Assembly (NCBI GenBank): GCA_010909165.1
Contig: VJWM01000255.1
Span: forward strand, 62,001 to 126,000
Source: Anthoceros angustus
Taxonomy: Eukaryota > Plantae > Anthocerotophyta
Direction: 5' to 3'
DNA: 64,000 nt
A program made the position numbers and the translations under genes. The notes beneath the pieces were generated by a model. The model made no database searches, had not been told where the DNA came from, and saw nothing but the letters and a program-made list of their open reading frames with translations. Positions 1-12,976 of this stretch are shown piece after piece (the first letter of the stretch is position 1; every line of letters begins with the position of its first letter).

Positions 1-2630
1 CTATCTTCTTTGTGAACTTGGGGAAAAACTCGTTAGCAAGAACTGCATCAAACAGAGACACAGAGGATGTCTAACAACAGCTGTGAAAAGAGAGAAAGGT
101 ATGCTTCATTTAGACTTTCGAAGGTCCTACCTCCAATAATGGTGGGCACCAAGACCACTTGGAAAGTGCTAATGGCCAGACCCTGTGGAAAAACACTTCA
201 TGCCTCAGCAAGTGTGAAGAAAGACGTGAAACAGGAAACACATTTGGCATATTTTCTGAGAAGAGTAGGACAGTAAGTAAGAACATACCACGGCATCAAC
301 TGGGACCAACTGCCCAGCGAGCAATTTCGTGAGAAGTGGAGTCATGAAAATGGCACCAATGGTAGACGCTCTGCAAGCACAGGTGCACTCATCGTCATCT
401 CATTGACGGCCCCCACGTGAGAGTGGGATCCAACGCTAACACAACATCAGCCCCTTGCGAGTTAGATCAATTTGGAGACATACGTTGTCATGAGGACTGA
501 CAGAGCAACGTTCCCCTTCGAAATGTACGTCGCAACATTGGACGCTTGACCCCCAGGACAGCATGACACCAAAATAAGGCCTGTAGCGAGGGGAGCTGAC
601 AGCTTGAGACTCTGCCGCACAGTTCAAACAGACAGCAATCAGTCTAACTGTAGCGGCCAAGAACTCACCTGGCAGCATCACAGTTATGAGTGACAGGGTT
701 TGAGCACTAGACTCACCAAGGCAATCAGAAAACCAAGGATTGGCTTCACACAATACTGAGCTAGAAATCCAACTCCAACCTGTGTACCAACCACTCTGGC
801 TGTTAGTACAACCACAAAGGTCAAGAGACCAGAGTACTCTGCCCCTGAGTCAAGACCTCGAGACACAGCGAAAACTTACAGTCCACGGATTTCTTGCACA
901 CCGCCTGAAATCATCGAACGTCAGTGTGAGTCCCATGGACAGCATAAGGAAACCCAAACCGAGGGTAAACAGATCAGTCTGGAGCCACGTCACCTGTAGT
1001 AAGACAACGTGGAGAGTTAAAATTGGAGAAGGTAATTCAGAGGGAATGCTAGAGAACGGACACGTAGCTAGCTGGTGATGTACTTACTGCAGCTGGTTTC
1101 ACGATCCCAATAATGGTGCCCAGAATAACCTGGCATAGTCCAGAGAGTTCCAGAATCAGCAAAACGTTCTGACAACAACAGGGAGCTCCTGGAGGGAGCA
1201 GACTGACTGACTCCGATGGAGAAAGGATGCTACATTCCTTCTTACCCAGATTGGAAACATTGTGGTCAACAGTTCCACAACCTTGGTGAACGTGGATGTC
1301 TCTTCTGCATGGCTGGGAAGGTCAGAACCACCAACCGCACCGGCCTCGGCCTTGCATGCCACCTGGCTCCTCCTGCAGATTCTTGCAACAACAGAATGAG
1401 TGTTCTCTCTCGAATCTGGATTACCCTAGTCCACCAACTCAGCACACATTCCACACAATAGCCGCGGGCCCGAACACCTGATACAGCGGTGCACCCGGTG
1501 CTGGGAAAGAAAAAGAAACCAGTCACGAACCTGCGCGCAAATGGCAGACCCGGCGTTGCAGCCACAGCCCTGGACTGCGCTCCTCCAAAGAATGCTGACA
1601 AGGAGCTGGAACTCCTGCCATCCGAGGACGCCCGCTGAGCACCTGCGAGCACACATTGTGCGGGTGTAAGCTCCCGCCACCGAGACCAGACTGTCAGAGG
1701 ACAGACTAAACGATCTCCCCCGGCCCCCACATTCAGGAGCCACAAATACCCCTCACAGGCCCAGAAAGGCCGCCAATGCGTAAGGAACAAGGAAGGAAAA
1801 CACGTACCAGGCAGTCCCTGCAGAGCCCGAAAGCGCACTTGGCACGGGGCGGAGGAGGCGATGCTGCGCGGCTGCGGGCTCTGAGCAGCAACCTGGGCTG
1901 GGGAGACGGCGCTCATGGCGGAGGCCATGGCGAAAATGAGCCCCCGGGAGGCTGGATCCTGCAGCGGCTGACGGTGTTGCTGCTGTTACTGCTGCTGCTG
2001 CTGCTGATGGCAGGTAAGGCTCTACAGGGCCCGACCAGATCCCTCTGAAGAACGTAGCATGAAGGAGTTCGGTTCCGGACAAAGCGTCTGGCCGCCAGCA
2101 GGTCGGCCCGTTCGAGGGGAGAGACAGAGCAGAGCACGAGGCGCAGAAGGCGGGCCGGAGCCAGGGACAAAGGGAATGAGCTTGCCACGTGCATTCCACC
2201 TCGCGCACTTCGCCACCTAAATCCCTCGTAAACCCAGCGCCCAGCGTATTTACCACATGCTCATCTCGGAAGCCTTCTCGCATTATTGACGACCGAGCTG
2301 CAACAAACAAACCCAGCATTCTCGCTTCGAACTGGTCTTCACCGTCTCTCTGCCAGTGCTGGCTCTGCATTTTGCACCACAAGTCCTCGTCAGTTCAGGC
2401 AGGACTGGTTCACCTGACTCCTCACAGCTATGTTGTGGCCAAGGTTGTAGGACTAGTACTTGGCAGCAGGAATTGGGTGGTGAGCAAGTTGCCACTCCAG
2501 CCATTTCTAAGCGGCCATTTACGTTTGCAGGGATGGTTGTGGGCGGCACTGCACGTATTGGACATTTTGGTGGTGCCTGGAACTGGAGCCAGGGCTGCCC
2601 GCTGCAAGCATGCATATGGCTTGTGATTTA
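1..2630 (-). mobile_element. Degenerate Ty3/Gypsy LTR retrotransposon gag-protease remnant (continues off the left edge)
   Basis: Minus-strand fragments: gag-like 'QRDGEDQFEARMLGLF...GFRDEHVVNTLGAGFTRDLGGEVRE' (~2200-2360), an eroded CCHC knuckle 'HQGCGTVDHNVSN' (~1250-1290) and the aspartic-protease signature 'LDSGAEYS' (~830-855). They lie in gag-ZnK-PR order with many stops and frameshifts. Confidence 0.7.
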
Positions 2631-2919
2631 AGCTTGCCACTTCCCCAGCCGAGAGAGACTTTGTCAGTCTAGTGGTCTGTGTATCTGAGTCTGGCTTGTG
2701 ATCGTGTTATAGCAGAATAGGAAAGTCAGAGAGTGTTTTCCTCCTAAATATTTTCCTACGGCACTTCTTAGGTGACTGGCCATAGCTGGCGCGACGTGTT
2801 CCGTATCCTTACGTAGAGTGTGTGGTGAGTGTAGACCGCTGCCCTGGATGTTGGACATCGAATTTTGCACCTGGAACAGGGGACTAAGAGAATTCGGCCC
2901 GGGAACGTTTCACACTGCC

Positions 2920-2997
2920 CCGGACTTTGGCTTGGTAGGCTCGCACATTCTGATCACTCCGGACTTTGGCTTGGTAGGCTCGCACATTCTGATCACT
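2920..2997. repeat. 39-bp direct tandem duplication (2 exact copies), probably within an LTR or leader remnant
   Basis: ccggactttggcttggtaggctcgcacattctgatcact occurs at 2920 and 2959. Confidence 0.95.
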
Positions 2998-3030
2998 CCC
3001 GAGTGAAAATTGTTTGCTACTTCAAAATGT

Positions 3031-3235
3031 GTCCAAATGGCTTAGGCCAAATGGACACACATTTATAACAACGTCGTTATTAAGCATCCTGCATTTGGAT
3101 CGGTACTTAGATGGGGTGCCTAAAGGAAATCGGTGCAAGGAGCTTAAGCACACCATGGTACAAGTTGTCAAGTACCAAGTCCCATGATGGAAATCCGTCC
3201 TTAGTGGACTTCAATAAAATTCTTCTTCTTCTTCT
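3031..3235 (+). mobile_element. SINE- or LINE-3'-end-like dispersed repeat ending in AATAAA + (TTC)n
   Basis: About 205 bp ending ...gtggacttcaataaaattcttcttcttcttc. Reverse-complement homologues lie at 32128-32167, 42497-42888 and 44210-44390. Confidence 0.7.
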
Positions 3236-3525
3236 ACTCACATATGGATGGTACTCACATATGGATGGTAATCCTCGTGGGAAGAGCGGAAGTGTGCATG
3301 CGGTGGATGTCCATGGGGTCCAAGAAGGGTAAGGTAGCATAAAAATGGTACCCGGCATTGGGGAGATGGTTCTGATATTTCTCCCTTATAGTAGCGTGGA
3401 GAAAGGTTCTCATATATGTCGATTTTTAAAGAAAGAACAACTAGAAGTCGAATCAATATTATTTTAAATAAACAATACAAAAAAACTTAAATATATCTTA
3501 TAATGAGAGAGAAGAGTAGACGTTA

Positions 3526-6380
3526 TTAATGATTAGGTTTTTTCATATGTACAAGTTCCTTGAATACAAAAGCAAGAACCGCTTTGGCAGCTTCCCTAAC
3601 ACCAAAATCTGGAATTCCAATGACCTACAAAATATAAGAAGATTTTTCTTAGATTATATAACTTTTTAGGTGAGCAATTTTCTGCACCAAGTAATAATGC
3701 ATCTTATTTGTAGAAGTACTTTTAAAACACAACCTTAGCTGATAAGCCCAAAATTGATGCTGCTTCTACAATATATAATTGTAGATCTTCAGCATCTGTG
3801 CTTTTACACTGCGTAAGGTGAACATAACAACAGCCATTTAAAAGTATCTTTCTCTCTTATTCTAAAAGTTTATGAAGACAAAGATTTTTTTGTGATAGTG
3901 ATGGATTTATGAAGACAAAGATAAGGTCCCCTATGAAAGGGGTATATTTTTTACAAAAATCAATGGATCACTAAATCTACTCTATAACATACATTAAAAA
4001 GTATGAAAATATAATAAACTATATTATTATGATGATTTATTTTTATTACTTATTTTAGAATTATACCTTGTTTGTTAATTGAGAAAGACAAATGGAACGT
4101 GAAGCAAAACAATCATCAAGATCAAACAAGTCTAAAGCAGGCGGTGGTGGCTCCTTAAATGTGGGTGGAAAAACTGCAGGTTGTAGAGGAGGTGTAGGTG
4201 TCTCAAACTGTGCATAATCAGAATGTTAGATTAGATAAATTTATGTTAGAATTTTAAATTATTATCTTTTAGCGAAACAAACATGGAAACAAAAAGAAAG
4301 TGTCTCACTTGTGGTGTGATAAGAGTTAAAGGGGCATATTTGACCCCAAGTTGGTCATATAAGGTGATAACTTCTGGCAGTAAATTTGTATGATACTTAA
4401 ATAAGGAATAATCTCCAAGTTTTGTAAAGTCTTTTGGCAATTCATCTGCCTCCTGCAACATCCGAAAATAACAATACAAGTATATGAATGCAATGCACTG
4501 TCTCTTCGATGGAGTAAATGAGAAACTTAAACTAGTATATTCTTTCAAGTGTTAGCACCTGTAAACAACAACGTAGACAATTTGAAAGAGCTTCTATGTT
4601 TGGTACATATTCCACCTCGTATGTTTCTATTTCTTCACCAATAATGCTCCCAAACTGAATGCATGAATTATGCCAAGTATGTACTTAAAATTCTTTCTAG
4701 TTATGGAATAAAATTTTAAATGTAGATCCTAAACTAAAACTAAAAATCATGAGATTATATAGTAGAAATATTAAATTAATTTTTGAGAATAAAATTATTT
4801 AAAAGAACCTCAATAGTGTTCTGCTTCACAAGCCACATAAGCAATATATCAAAAAATCTTCCATTATTTTCTTTGTCAAGCCAAACATCTTCGAACATTG
4901 CTACACTCCCAATTACTGCTATCCTTCCATTTCCCTTTGTACTCTGCCAAATTGCTCCTAAATGCCAGAGTATACCATTCAATTACATTGTATCTCATAA
5001 CTACAAAGTTCCACATATTGCTTTTAGTACTTCAATACCTATAGGTCGATGTGTAGGATAAGTTAGTACGCCCGAAGAAAGGATTGTAGTTGCTGGTTTC
5101 TGAACTGTTAAAGTTGCTCCATGAGAATACAAGATATGAAACTTTGTCTCTTTTAAATTCTCAGTATTTTCATCCTGTAAAATATATGGCCTGTTTCAAA
5201 CCCCGATAAATTTAATTTTGTAATGTTGTAATGAGAATTAATGAGAATTACAGGAAAAGATAGGTTTCAACAATAACTTGTGGGCTTCTCTTTTACATGT
5301 TTCTTCAGCTTCTTTTGTTTCGGTATTAGCAAACTGCAACAATATTCAAATTGTTAGTTATGTGCATTAACTTATCGATACTTCACAAATGAAAGTATGA
5401 AAGATTCTTTTACATGTTTAACATGTCTTGCAAGTATGCCATCTCCAATTAAGGCCTCTTTTGGATGAAAATATTTTTCTTGAACAGTTTTGAGCTATTG
5501 TACCATTAAAATAAGAAGGTTTTAAAACATGAGATATGAAAGTCAAAAATGTCTTGCTAACCTTTCAATTAGAAAAGAAAAATCTTATATTGTTTTTGAA
5601 AGGACAACTTACGACGCAATCACGATTTATCGTAATTCCATAACCATGAATAAGATCATTGATATTGCAATGTTCCGGAACATCATTAGCCTCAGATCCT
5701 AGTATAAGAAGACATCCACCTTCATCAACGTATTTTTGAATGACTTCTCTCTGTTTGCCAAAACAAGATAAAATCGACTAATTATTCAAATTTGGTTGTA
5801 TTCCAGATTTTCAGACTTAGCATAGTGGTGCCTAACATTCACACAAAACTTTGAAAGAGAAAGTACCTCCGTCTTTGTAAATTTTTCTTTTGGACAACCA
5901 AATACTACAACATCACCCTCCCTTAAAATGTCAAGAGAAATTTCCTCCTTATTCCTACAATCAATGTCATTGAAAGTCTTGATACTTTTCAGTGAGTTGG
6001 CTTAAACTCTCAGCAATTTTATGTAGTCTGCAAAAGAACGGAGGCACTACAATCAACATATACGACAGACCATAAAACAAAAAGTTAGAGTTAGAGGCTT
6101 AGATATAGTAATACAAAATTCGCTTACGAAGAAACACGAAAAGAGCCTCGCAATCGTCTAATCAAGTGCTTAAACCCTTGTGTGGGTGTATGTGTTTCTG
6201 AACCACCAAAAGAAACATACTAGTATCAAATAACAAACTTCAAAACACTTCATAATGCATTTACCAAACATAGTTCTTTGTATATATTTTAGCTCAAGTC
6301 TTTCTACCTTGTTTGCAACAATTGAATATGATCATGGGAAGAGGAGGAATGGATGCAACATCTTTCACGACTATCTCCAT
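3526..6380 (-). CDS. IFT52: Intraflagellar transport protein 52 (multi-exon, ~13 exons)
   Basis: Spliced exons read MEIVVK...IIFNCCK / GFKHLIRRLR / VVVFGCPKEKFT / YFHPKEALIGDG / YSHGATLTVQKPA...SSG...YPTHRPIG / GRIAVIGSVAMFEDVWLDKENN / LYDQLGVKYAPLTLITPQ / FETPTPPLQPAVFPPTFKEPPPPALDLFDLDD / ...KKPNH*. These are diagnostic IFT52 motifs, with GT-AG introns. Confidence 0.93.
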
Positions 6381-6674
6381 AGGAAATTTTCTCTATTGTT
6401 ATGAGCTTCACCTCTGAGCACGTCTGAGCAGATACAGTAGTGAACTTATTAGGCCTCTCGCCTAGAAATGTATTTGATTTCAATATACCTGCCTGTAAGA
6501 CAGAGGAGAGAAGTTAAGAGTTTGGAGATCTTTTACTTTTATAATTTTATAATTCAGATATTTTAGGGCTCCGGCTACGTGGACGTTGGAATAGCCGGTA
6601 GCGCGGGCCGCATATCCCGCTTGGTGGTGAGACGTCTCGGTTGGCGGGGCGTGGAGACTGGGAACCCGGCGAAG

Positions 6675-9600
6675 ATGGCTGCCGTGGCCCGCTTTGCTCG
6701 CCTGCGGCCACTCGACATCGGCTGTGGCTGGACTCGGCAGCTCGATTCCTGTAACGGCTTGCGTGGTACATCAAATGCGTCCACCCTCGCTGCCTTCCCG
6801 CCTTCCCGCCTTCCTGCCTTCCTGCCTTGCTGCCTCCCTGCCTTGAATTTGCGCTGGCAAGTACTTCTTCAGACCCACGGGCCGTACTGTCGGACTGCCG
6901 ACGGGAGCTTCGCTGTGGGGCCTGCTGGCCTTTTGCGTCAGTCGCACAATGTCCTGCGTCTTCTTTGGACCTGCCCGGTCACGGGCGCCTGCTTATCGCC
7001 TGATTTGGATAAGCGCCAGTGTAATGTCCGATCTGGCCGTCTAGCCCCGAGCTGGCCCGCACTGGCACCGGCACACGGCACGCGGCACCCGGCACCCGGC
7101 ACCTGGCCTCGGCACGGGGCTTACTGGTGCCTGGCCTGCCTGCTCGCCGTGGCGATTCCTGTCTTGAATTGGGTCCTGCTAGTCCGGTGCGTGTTGCTGG
7201 ATTGGGCTGCCCGGGATCGGGACGCGGCTGGACGGTGCTTCCCGGACGCTGATTGTGGGCGAGATGGCTTTGGGTGTGGGGAGCTCACCTTTGTGTTCGT
7301 GTGTGTGTGTGTGTGTGTGTGTGTTGGGTCTGATGGGATTTTTGCTGCCTGTGTTGGGTGGCGGATTTTCTGTCTCCTTGCTGTGTTGGGTTGTCTGACG
7401 TGAGCTGATCTGGTGGGTTTGGCAGTAGCAGCGCGGGGGGCGATCGGGGAGAGCGTCGCGGGGGTAGGTGGGGCAGACTTCTTGTTGCGTCGCTTTTCTG
7501 CCGGCGCTGAGGGCGTGGTGGGGGCTTATCGGGGGCTCGTTACTGGAGGGAAGCTCCAAGCTGGTGATCGGGCGCAGGTATTTGGTGCGGTGTTTTTTTG
7601 TGCGTGTTGGGGTGGGAGATGTGGGCGTGTTTGTGATGTATTGACACCGTCTGTGCGTCGATCTCGGGTACCAGGAGCAGGTCGTGTCATCGTTAGACGT
7701 GCTCTCGAGGGAGATCGCTGATGGAGAATCACCAAGGTAGGGGACTCTGTTGTTTTGGTTCGGATTTTTCTTTTTTGGTGTGAGAGGTTTGGGCAGAATT
7801 CGTGGAGGAGTAGGAGATTTTTGTGTTGATGTGTGATCGTTGCGGTTGCCAGCTGGCTGCGAGGCACCTTCTCTGTCTTCTCACCGTACTACAAACGGCT
7901 TGTTAATAAAACAAGGGATCCCGTGCGCGGGATCTATATGTATGGTGGAGTGGGCACTGGTAAGACCATGCTTATGGATCTCTTCTACAACAGTGCTGAA
8001 GTTCAGAAGAAACGGAGGATGCATTTTCACGCCTTTATGTATGATACTAACGTTTGACTCGTGTGCTCAGTGGAAAGCCAACCATGTCATGTGCATCTTA
8101 GACCAGATGATGTCGTTTCTGATCCTGTAGAAGCTGTAGGCACCCCGTTGTACATGCTGATCAGTTATGAGCGTTTCCTCAGGCTGGAGATACACATGCG
8201 CCTGCATAGCCTAAGCGCTGGGAAGGACGTCGGAGACGGATCTGATGAGCCCATAAAGGCGGTTGCCCAGCAAATTCTGGATGAAGCTCGGCTTATCTGC
8301 CTGGATGAGGTTGAAGGTGCATGTGATCTTGAAGTTCAGTGTGTGATGTTCTTGCAGCTGGGCACTGTTTGGGTTTTGACCGGGTACACCTTGGTTTTGC
8401 AGTGACCGATGTTGCAGATGCTCTCATCTTGAAAAGGCTGTTTGCTGAGCTGTGGCCCGAAGGGGCTGTTCTTGTTGCGACATCAAACAGTACCCCAGAT
8501 CAGTTATATCGGAACGGTCTCAATAGGCACCTGGTTTGGACTTGCGTTCCTTCTCCTTTCCCTGAAGGCTGCTAGCTTTCTCATCCTTTGGTAGTCTTTA
8601 CTTCAGGTTTAAGTGGCATATTTTGGGTAGGAAGCTGCTCTGTTGTGTCCCTTCTGGTCCCTTTGGCGAACTACCTGTTCTGATGCATTGTTTTCATACG
8701 AGGGCCTCATTTTGCTTTGGATGCAGTTTGTGCCTTTCATCCAACAGCTAAAGGAGTACTGCCATGTATTCAGTTTAGATGGTGGTAAAGACTACCGGAG
8801 AGGGCATACCAATCTGCGACAGGTTTACTTTTATCCTCTGACAGACGATACTGATGCAGCAATGCACAGGGAGTTTCTGTCATTAACAGGTGAGTCGGCG
8901 GCCTGCTCCTGCTCAACTTTCTGGATCACTCGATGCTTTTTGACAGCTGCTGACCCAAAAAACTTAATAGGAGGACATGAAGGAAGCTCCATCCGCATAT
9001 CCGTCATGATGGGCAGGTACTTGCAGATCGTTTCTGCACAAGGTGTAGCCCGCGCCCCCTTCTCGTACTTATGTGGAGGTGCATACGGAGCTGCAGATTA
9101 CTATGCAATTGCTAAGAATTTCCGAGCCTTAGTCCTTGACAGGTAAAGTTAGGACTTGATAACATAGGCTGCTGTCCCTTTTGGAACACACTTGGGATGC
9201 TAACAACTGGCTTTTATGAATCGCAGAATCCCATGGCTGGGAGATCCTGCAAAGGAGAACGAACTCCGCCGATTCATCAATCTTGTGGATATTCTCTACG
9301 AGTCCAACACCATACTAGTGTGCTCTGCTGCCCTGCCTCTCGAGAGGCTCTTCGACGAGTCTGCACACCCTGATGCTGGGACGTCTGCTCTTAAAGATAA
9401 CAGGGGCAGGTCGGAAGTGGAGAAAAACAGCCAGGAAGCGACATTGCAGGTTGTGGGGGAGGGTGGAAGCTCGGGCAGGTCGACTTCCCTATTTGGAAGC
9501 ATGGAGTGGAGTGGAACGGGCAGGCCTGGGGCATCCATTGCTGGCCTACAACGCTCGAGTTTCACAAGATTAGCCACTGCCCGCAGTGTTTCACGGCTTA

Positions 9601-9734
9601 TGGAAATGCAAAGTGAGGCCTACATTTCTCGAGCCGAGCAGAAGAAAGCCACAACAGCCGGCTTAGTTCCTGGCCAAGGGCCAGCCAGCATACGCCAGGA
9701 ATCTCAGGACACCCGAAGTGTCAACCAGTCCTGA
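6675..9734 (+). CDS. AFG1L: AFG1-like (LACE1/ZapE family) AAA+ ATPase, probably mitochondrial
   Basis: Walker A '[20 protein letters not shown]', 'RMHFHAFM', Walker B 'LICLDE', '[14 protein letters not shown]', 'VATSN', 'GAADY', '[12 protein letters not shown]', '[11 protein letters not shown]'. The N-terminus [12 protein letters not shown] is Arg-rich and presequence-like. 5' exon structure is approximate. Confidence 0.9.
7299..7324. repeat. (GT)13 microsatellite, in a probable intron of the AFG1-like gene
   Basis: Directly visible GT run. Confidence 0.95.
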
Positions 9735-9950
9735 TATTTATTCTCCTTTCATTTTTACAAGTTATTGCATCCCGGTATTGGTCGAGGATGTAAGTTGTAA
9801 CTCATTAATCCAATTGGGTTCACCAATGGTGAACACCTTATTGTAATAATTGATGCTCCTGGCAGGGAGCGTGTTTACTTAAATGAGCACCCATAAATTC
9901 CTGGCCGAATAATCCCCATGTTGGTACACCTCAAACAAAGTGAGGGCTGT

Positions 9951-12015
9951 TCAGCCCTCGGAAGTCGGAATGAACTTCTTAGCGAGGCCCACTGTATGCA
10001 CCATGTCCATGTCGCCCTTCTGCTTATAGACGGACTGCGCTTGCATCAGGTGCCCAGTTGCTGGCCCATACTCCTTGTCCAGAATGAGAGTGAGAGCCAA
10101 CACAAAATCCGTCTCCGCTACTTTTACATGCACTGCCCCACAGAATTTCTTCCGGTGTGTCAAGATCTCCTGAGGCAGGCACGTTTTCAGCATAAACACG
10201 AACAGTTGGCGTGCAGAGGAAAAGCTGATAGCACGACACCTATGACTCCTTATTCAAGGAGAGCACTCACTCGAAACATGTTTGCAATTTCCTTCAGGTT
10301 CATGCTGTCTACAGTGGTGGCTGCCTTTGTCGGTGGGTTAGGTGCCCCTGGATATCGCTCTCCACAACTTGCAAGGCATGTCTGAGGGAAGCCCATCACT
10401 ACTTCTTTCAGGGTTGAAAGCCAAATGTCCACCACGATGTCAACACATGCCATGCTGCTGGGAACATTTCCCTGGACGACATCAACGAGCAACAATTATT
10501 ATGCACCTCAAGGTGCCAGGGCAGGACTGAAGGGCGGGTAAACAAGGGGAGGCAGTATCAGTCTGCAAATCTTTTTGACAAATCATTTCACTTGAACCTG
10601 CACTTACAACACAAAGGAATACATTGGACAAGCTGTAAAAGCCAAGGCTTGTCCGAACATCCATCACGCCATACTCCAGAGAGCTGTAGTATACCTCCTC
10701 TGAAAATGCCTTCAACGCCTTTTTGAACTTCTCCTGCAACCATGCTTGCGTATGGATAGGAAAGCAGATGGTTGGTAATGGAGGAGCGCATGGAAGTCTC
10801 ACATGCATACTTCGTGAGAGAAAAACAGCAATGAACTTGAATTAGCTCTATTGTGAGCAGGTGAGCGGATAATCCATAGATAGGACACTGCTATGCATTT
10901 CTGTTCCATGCGAAGTACATCTAAATCAGATGGGTATAGGAAAACCTCGAGGACATACAACTGGCCAAACAGGCGGCTCAGCTCAGATCTTATACAGTTT
11001 GTCCCTTCATCTGAACTGGCCTGAAGGAGAAGCCAGGCTGCCACTCCCAACAGATCCCCGGCCTGTATAGTTCGTCCTAATCCTAGATTTGCCTGCCAGC
11101 CTCAACCACGTCTCCCTTTATGCTTGAACAGCTCAGGTTTAAGAAGAAAAGAGATGTTCAATGGTTCCCGTCCTCAGATTCTGATGTACCTGAATTGCAA
11201 CCAGATAAATAGGCACAAGCTCCACTGTGGCCGAGGGATAGAAAATTTTCTGGCCTTGTGAAATCGCTTCCATGGCCACAGGAAGTGCAGCTTCATGCTG
11301 ACCATTACCAATAAGAATGGCTGCTTCTTCTGCTACCAGCTTTAGCATGCCAATCTTCAACTTTGGAACTAGGTCATCCTACAAAGAAGAACGTCATAGA
11401 AAACCGATAAGCAAGCTCACCAAGTAGGTCTTTCTCCTCCTTCAATCTGGATACCATTCATCTCTGTTCGCAATAGGTGAACGAGGTTAAGCAAACGATT
11501 GTCCGTGGCCCATACCCTTCTTTTGTCAGTCAAGACAGTCTGTAATGTTTCTGGTGGGATGAGAGTAGCGCCCGGCACAGTATGCGACTCCGAAGCGATG
11601 TGCAGTTGAGATATCCTTTGTAACACTTTCGGCTCAAGAGTGTGCAACCTCTTGTACCGGCCTAGTCGCAACTCCTACAACAATTCGGCATCTTAAACAA
11701 CTGCATTTGTGATCCCAGCCACAGAGTGATTTTGTATATCTGGAACCAGGACGGGTTACCTTTACAAAAGCACCAGGGTTTTCTCGGAAGAGCTCCACAG
11801 CCACTTCACTCATCGAAAACATCTGAGCACCGAATGTTCAGTTTTGCTTGGAATCTCAGCTAATATGAGCTAACCTTGATTTCCAAACAATCTGCCGAAT
11901 TCAGAGTGTTCTGACTGGTTGAGACTCTGCTCACCTTTCCCTTGGCAGTGAAGAGCACATGAAGAACCACTCCATCTCCAAGATCAATCGATTTGTCATC
12001 GGAATTCAACGCCAT
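9951..12015 (-). CDS. ZMYND12: ZMYND12-like TPR-fold ciliary protein (multi-exon)
   Basis: Exons read MALNSDDK...HVLFTAKGK / GQHEAALPVAMEAI...SATVELVPIYL / ANLGLGRTIQA...RSELSRLFGQLY / FSEEVYYSSLEYGVMDVRTSLGFYSLSNVF / VVDIW. These match the ZMYND12 pattern (A-P-A-L; S-ELVP-YL; LGLG; G--D-RTS-G-F-L-N-F) as I remember it. Confidence 0.8.
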
Positions 12016-12549
12016 TTTGTGTACTTAGAAAGAGGTGACTCTTTTACACATGGAAGCAAGAATGTGCCCACTAACTCAACCAAAAGGAAGCGCCTGATTC
12101 TTCCAAATCGCAAAATTGAGGTAACTTGAGGAGGCGTGTAACTGAGAAGGATGAGCCTCCAACATGGCGTGATTCTTCGGTTAGTGCGTTCCTGCAATTG
12201 CAATGAATGCCATTGTAAATTCAGCGTTTCTGGTCGTAACATGTGCCCAAGATTCTGAAACGCGAGCGTTGGGTGCTTGCTCTCAACGCACCAAACTTGC
12301 ATTGACTGCACAACGGGTTGCAGCAGATGTAGAGAGGCTTTAGCGGCCGACAGAACTTCTGTTGCTAATACAGCAATCAGGCACATTATGCCACTCACGT
12401 CCACACATCTTTTCTGCCTGATGAACCACGCGGGCCACGTCAAGTCTGGGTGTCAAATTCATGGTTTGCATTCTCTGCTGTACTAGTCCTCATGTTTTCA
12501 AAATGCTGACAATGCTGGCAGAGGAGTATCAGCTGCAGCCCCTCACATA

Positions 12550-12656
12550 AATCCACATCCCTTCCGACCTGAACTCCAAACCCTAACCACGAGCGGAGAA
12601 GCGAATCCACATCCCTTCCGACCTGAACTCCAAACCCTAACCACGAGCGGAGAAGC
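12550..12656. repeat. 54-bp tandem duplication, each copy containing a telo-box AAACCCTAA
   Basis: aatccacatcccttccgacctgaactccaaaccctaaccacgagcggagaagc occurs at 12550 and 12604. Confidence 0.95.
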
Positions 12657-12976
12657 AAGCAGCAGCAGCAGACACAAGGTACAGACCATGCAGACAGCCC
12701 AGCACTTCATCAGTTGCTGAGAAGACCCGACCCTCTTGTTCCCTCCCCAGGGCGGCCACGCCCTGGCCGCCCTAGCGAGGAAAATCTTCTGATTTTATTC
12801 ATTTTTAATAGACATAAAAGTTATTTTATGGTAGACAAATAAAACTCTTATCAGGAAAGTTCCGATTTAGCCCGGAGAAAAAGAAGGATATTCCCAAAGC
12901 GGATGGGAGGCCGAAAGCGTTAGCTGACCAAGCCTAAGGCTAAATGAGGCGTTGCGCTGCTTCAGCTTCGGCACCG

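Noticed and set aside
3260-3425. Possible LINE ORF2 C-terminal remnant ('YYK...PFL...AHFRSSH')
   Set aside because: Too short and degenerate to support without a profile search.
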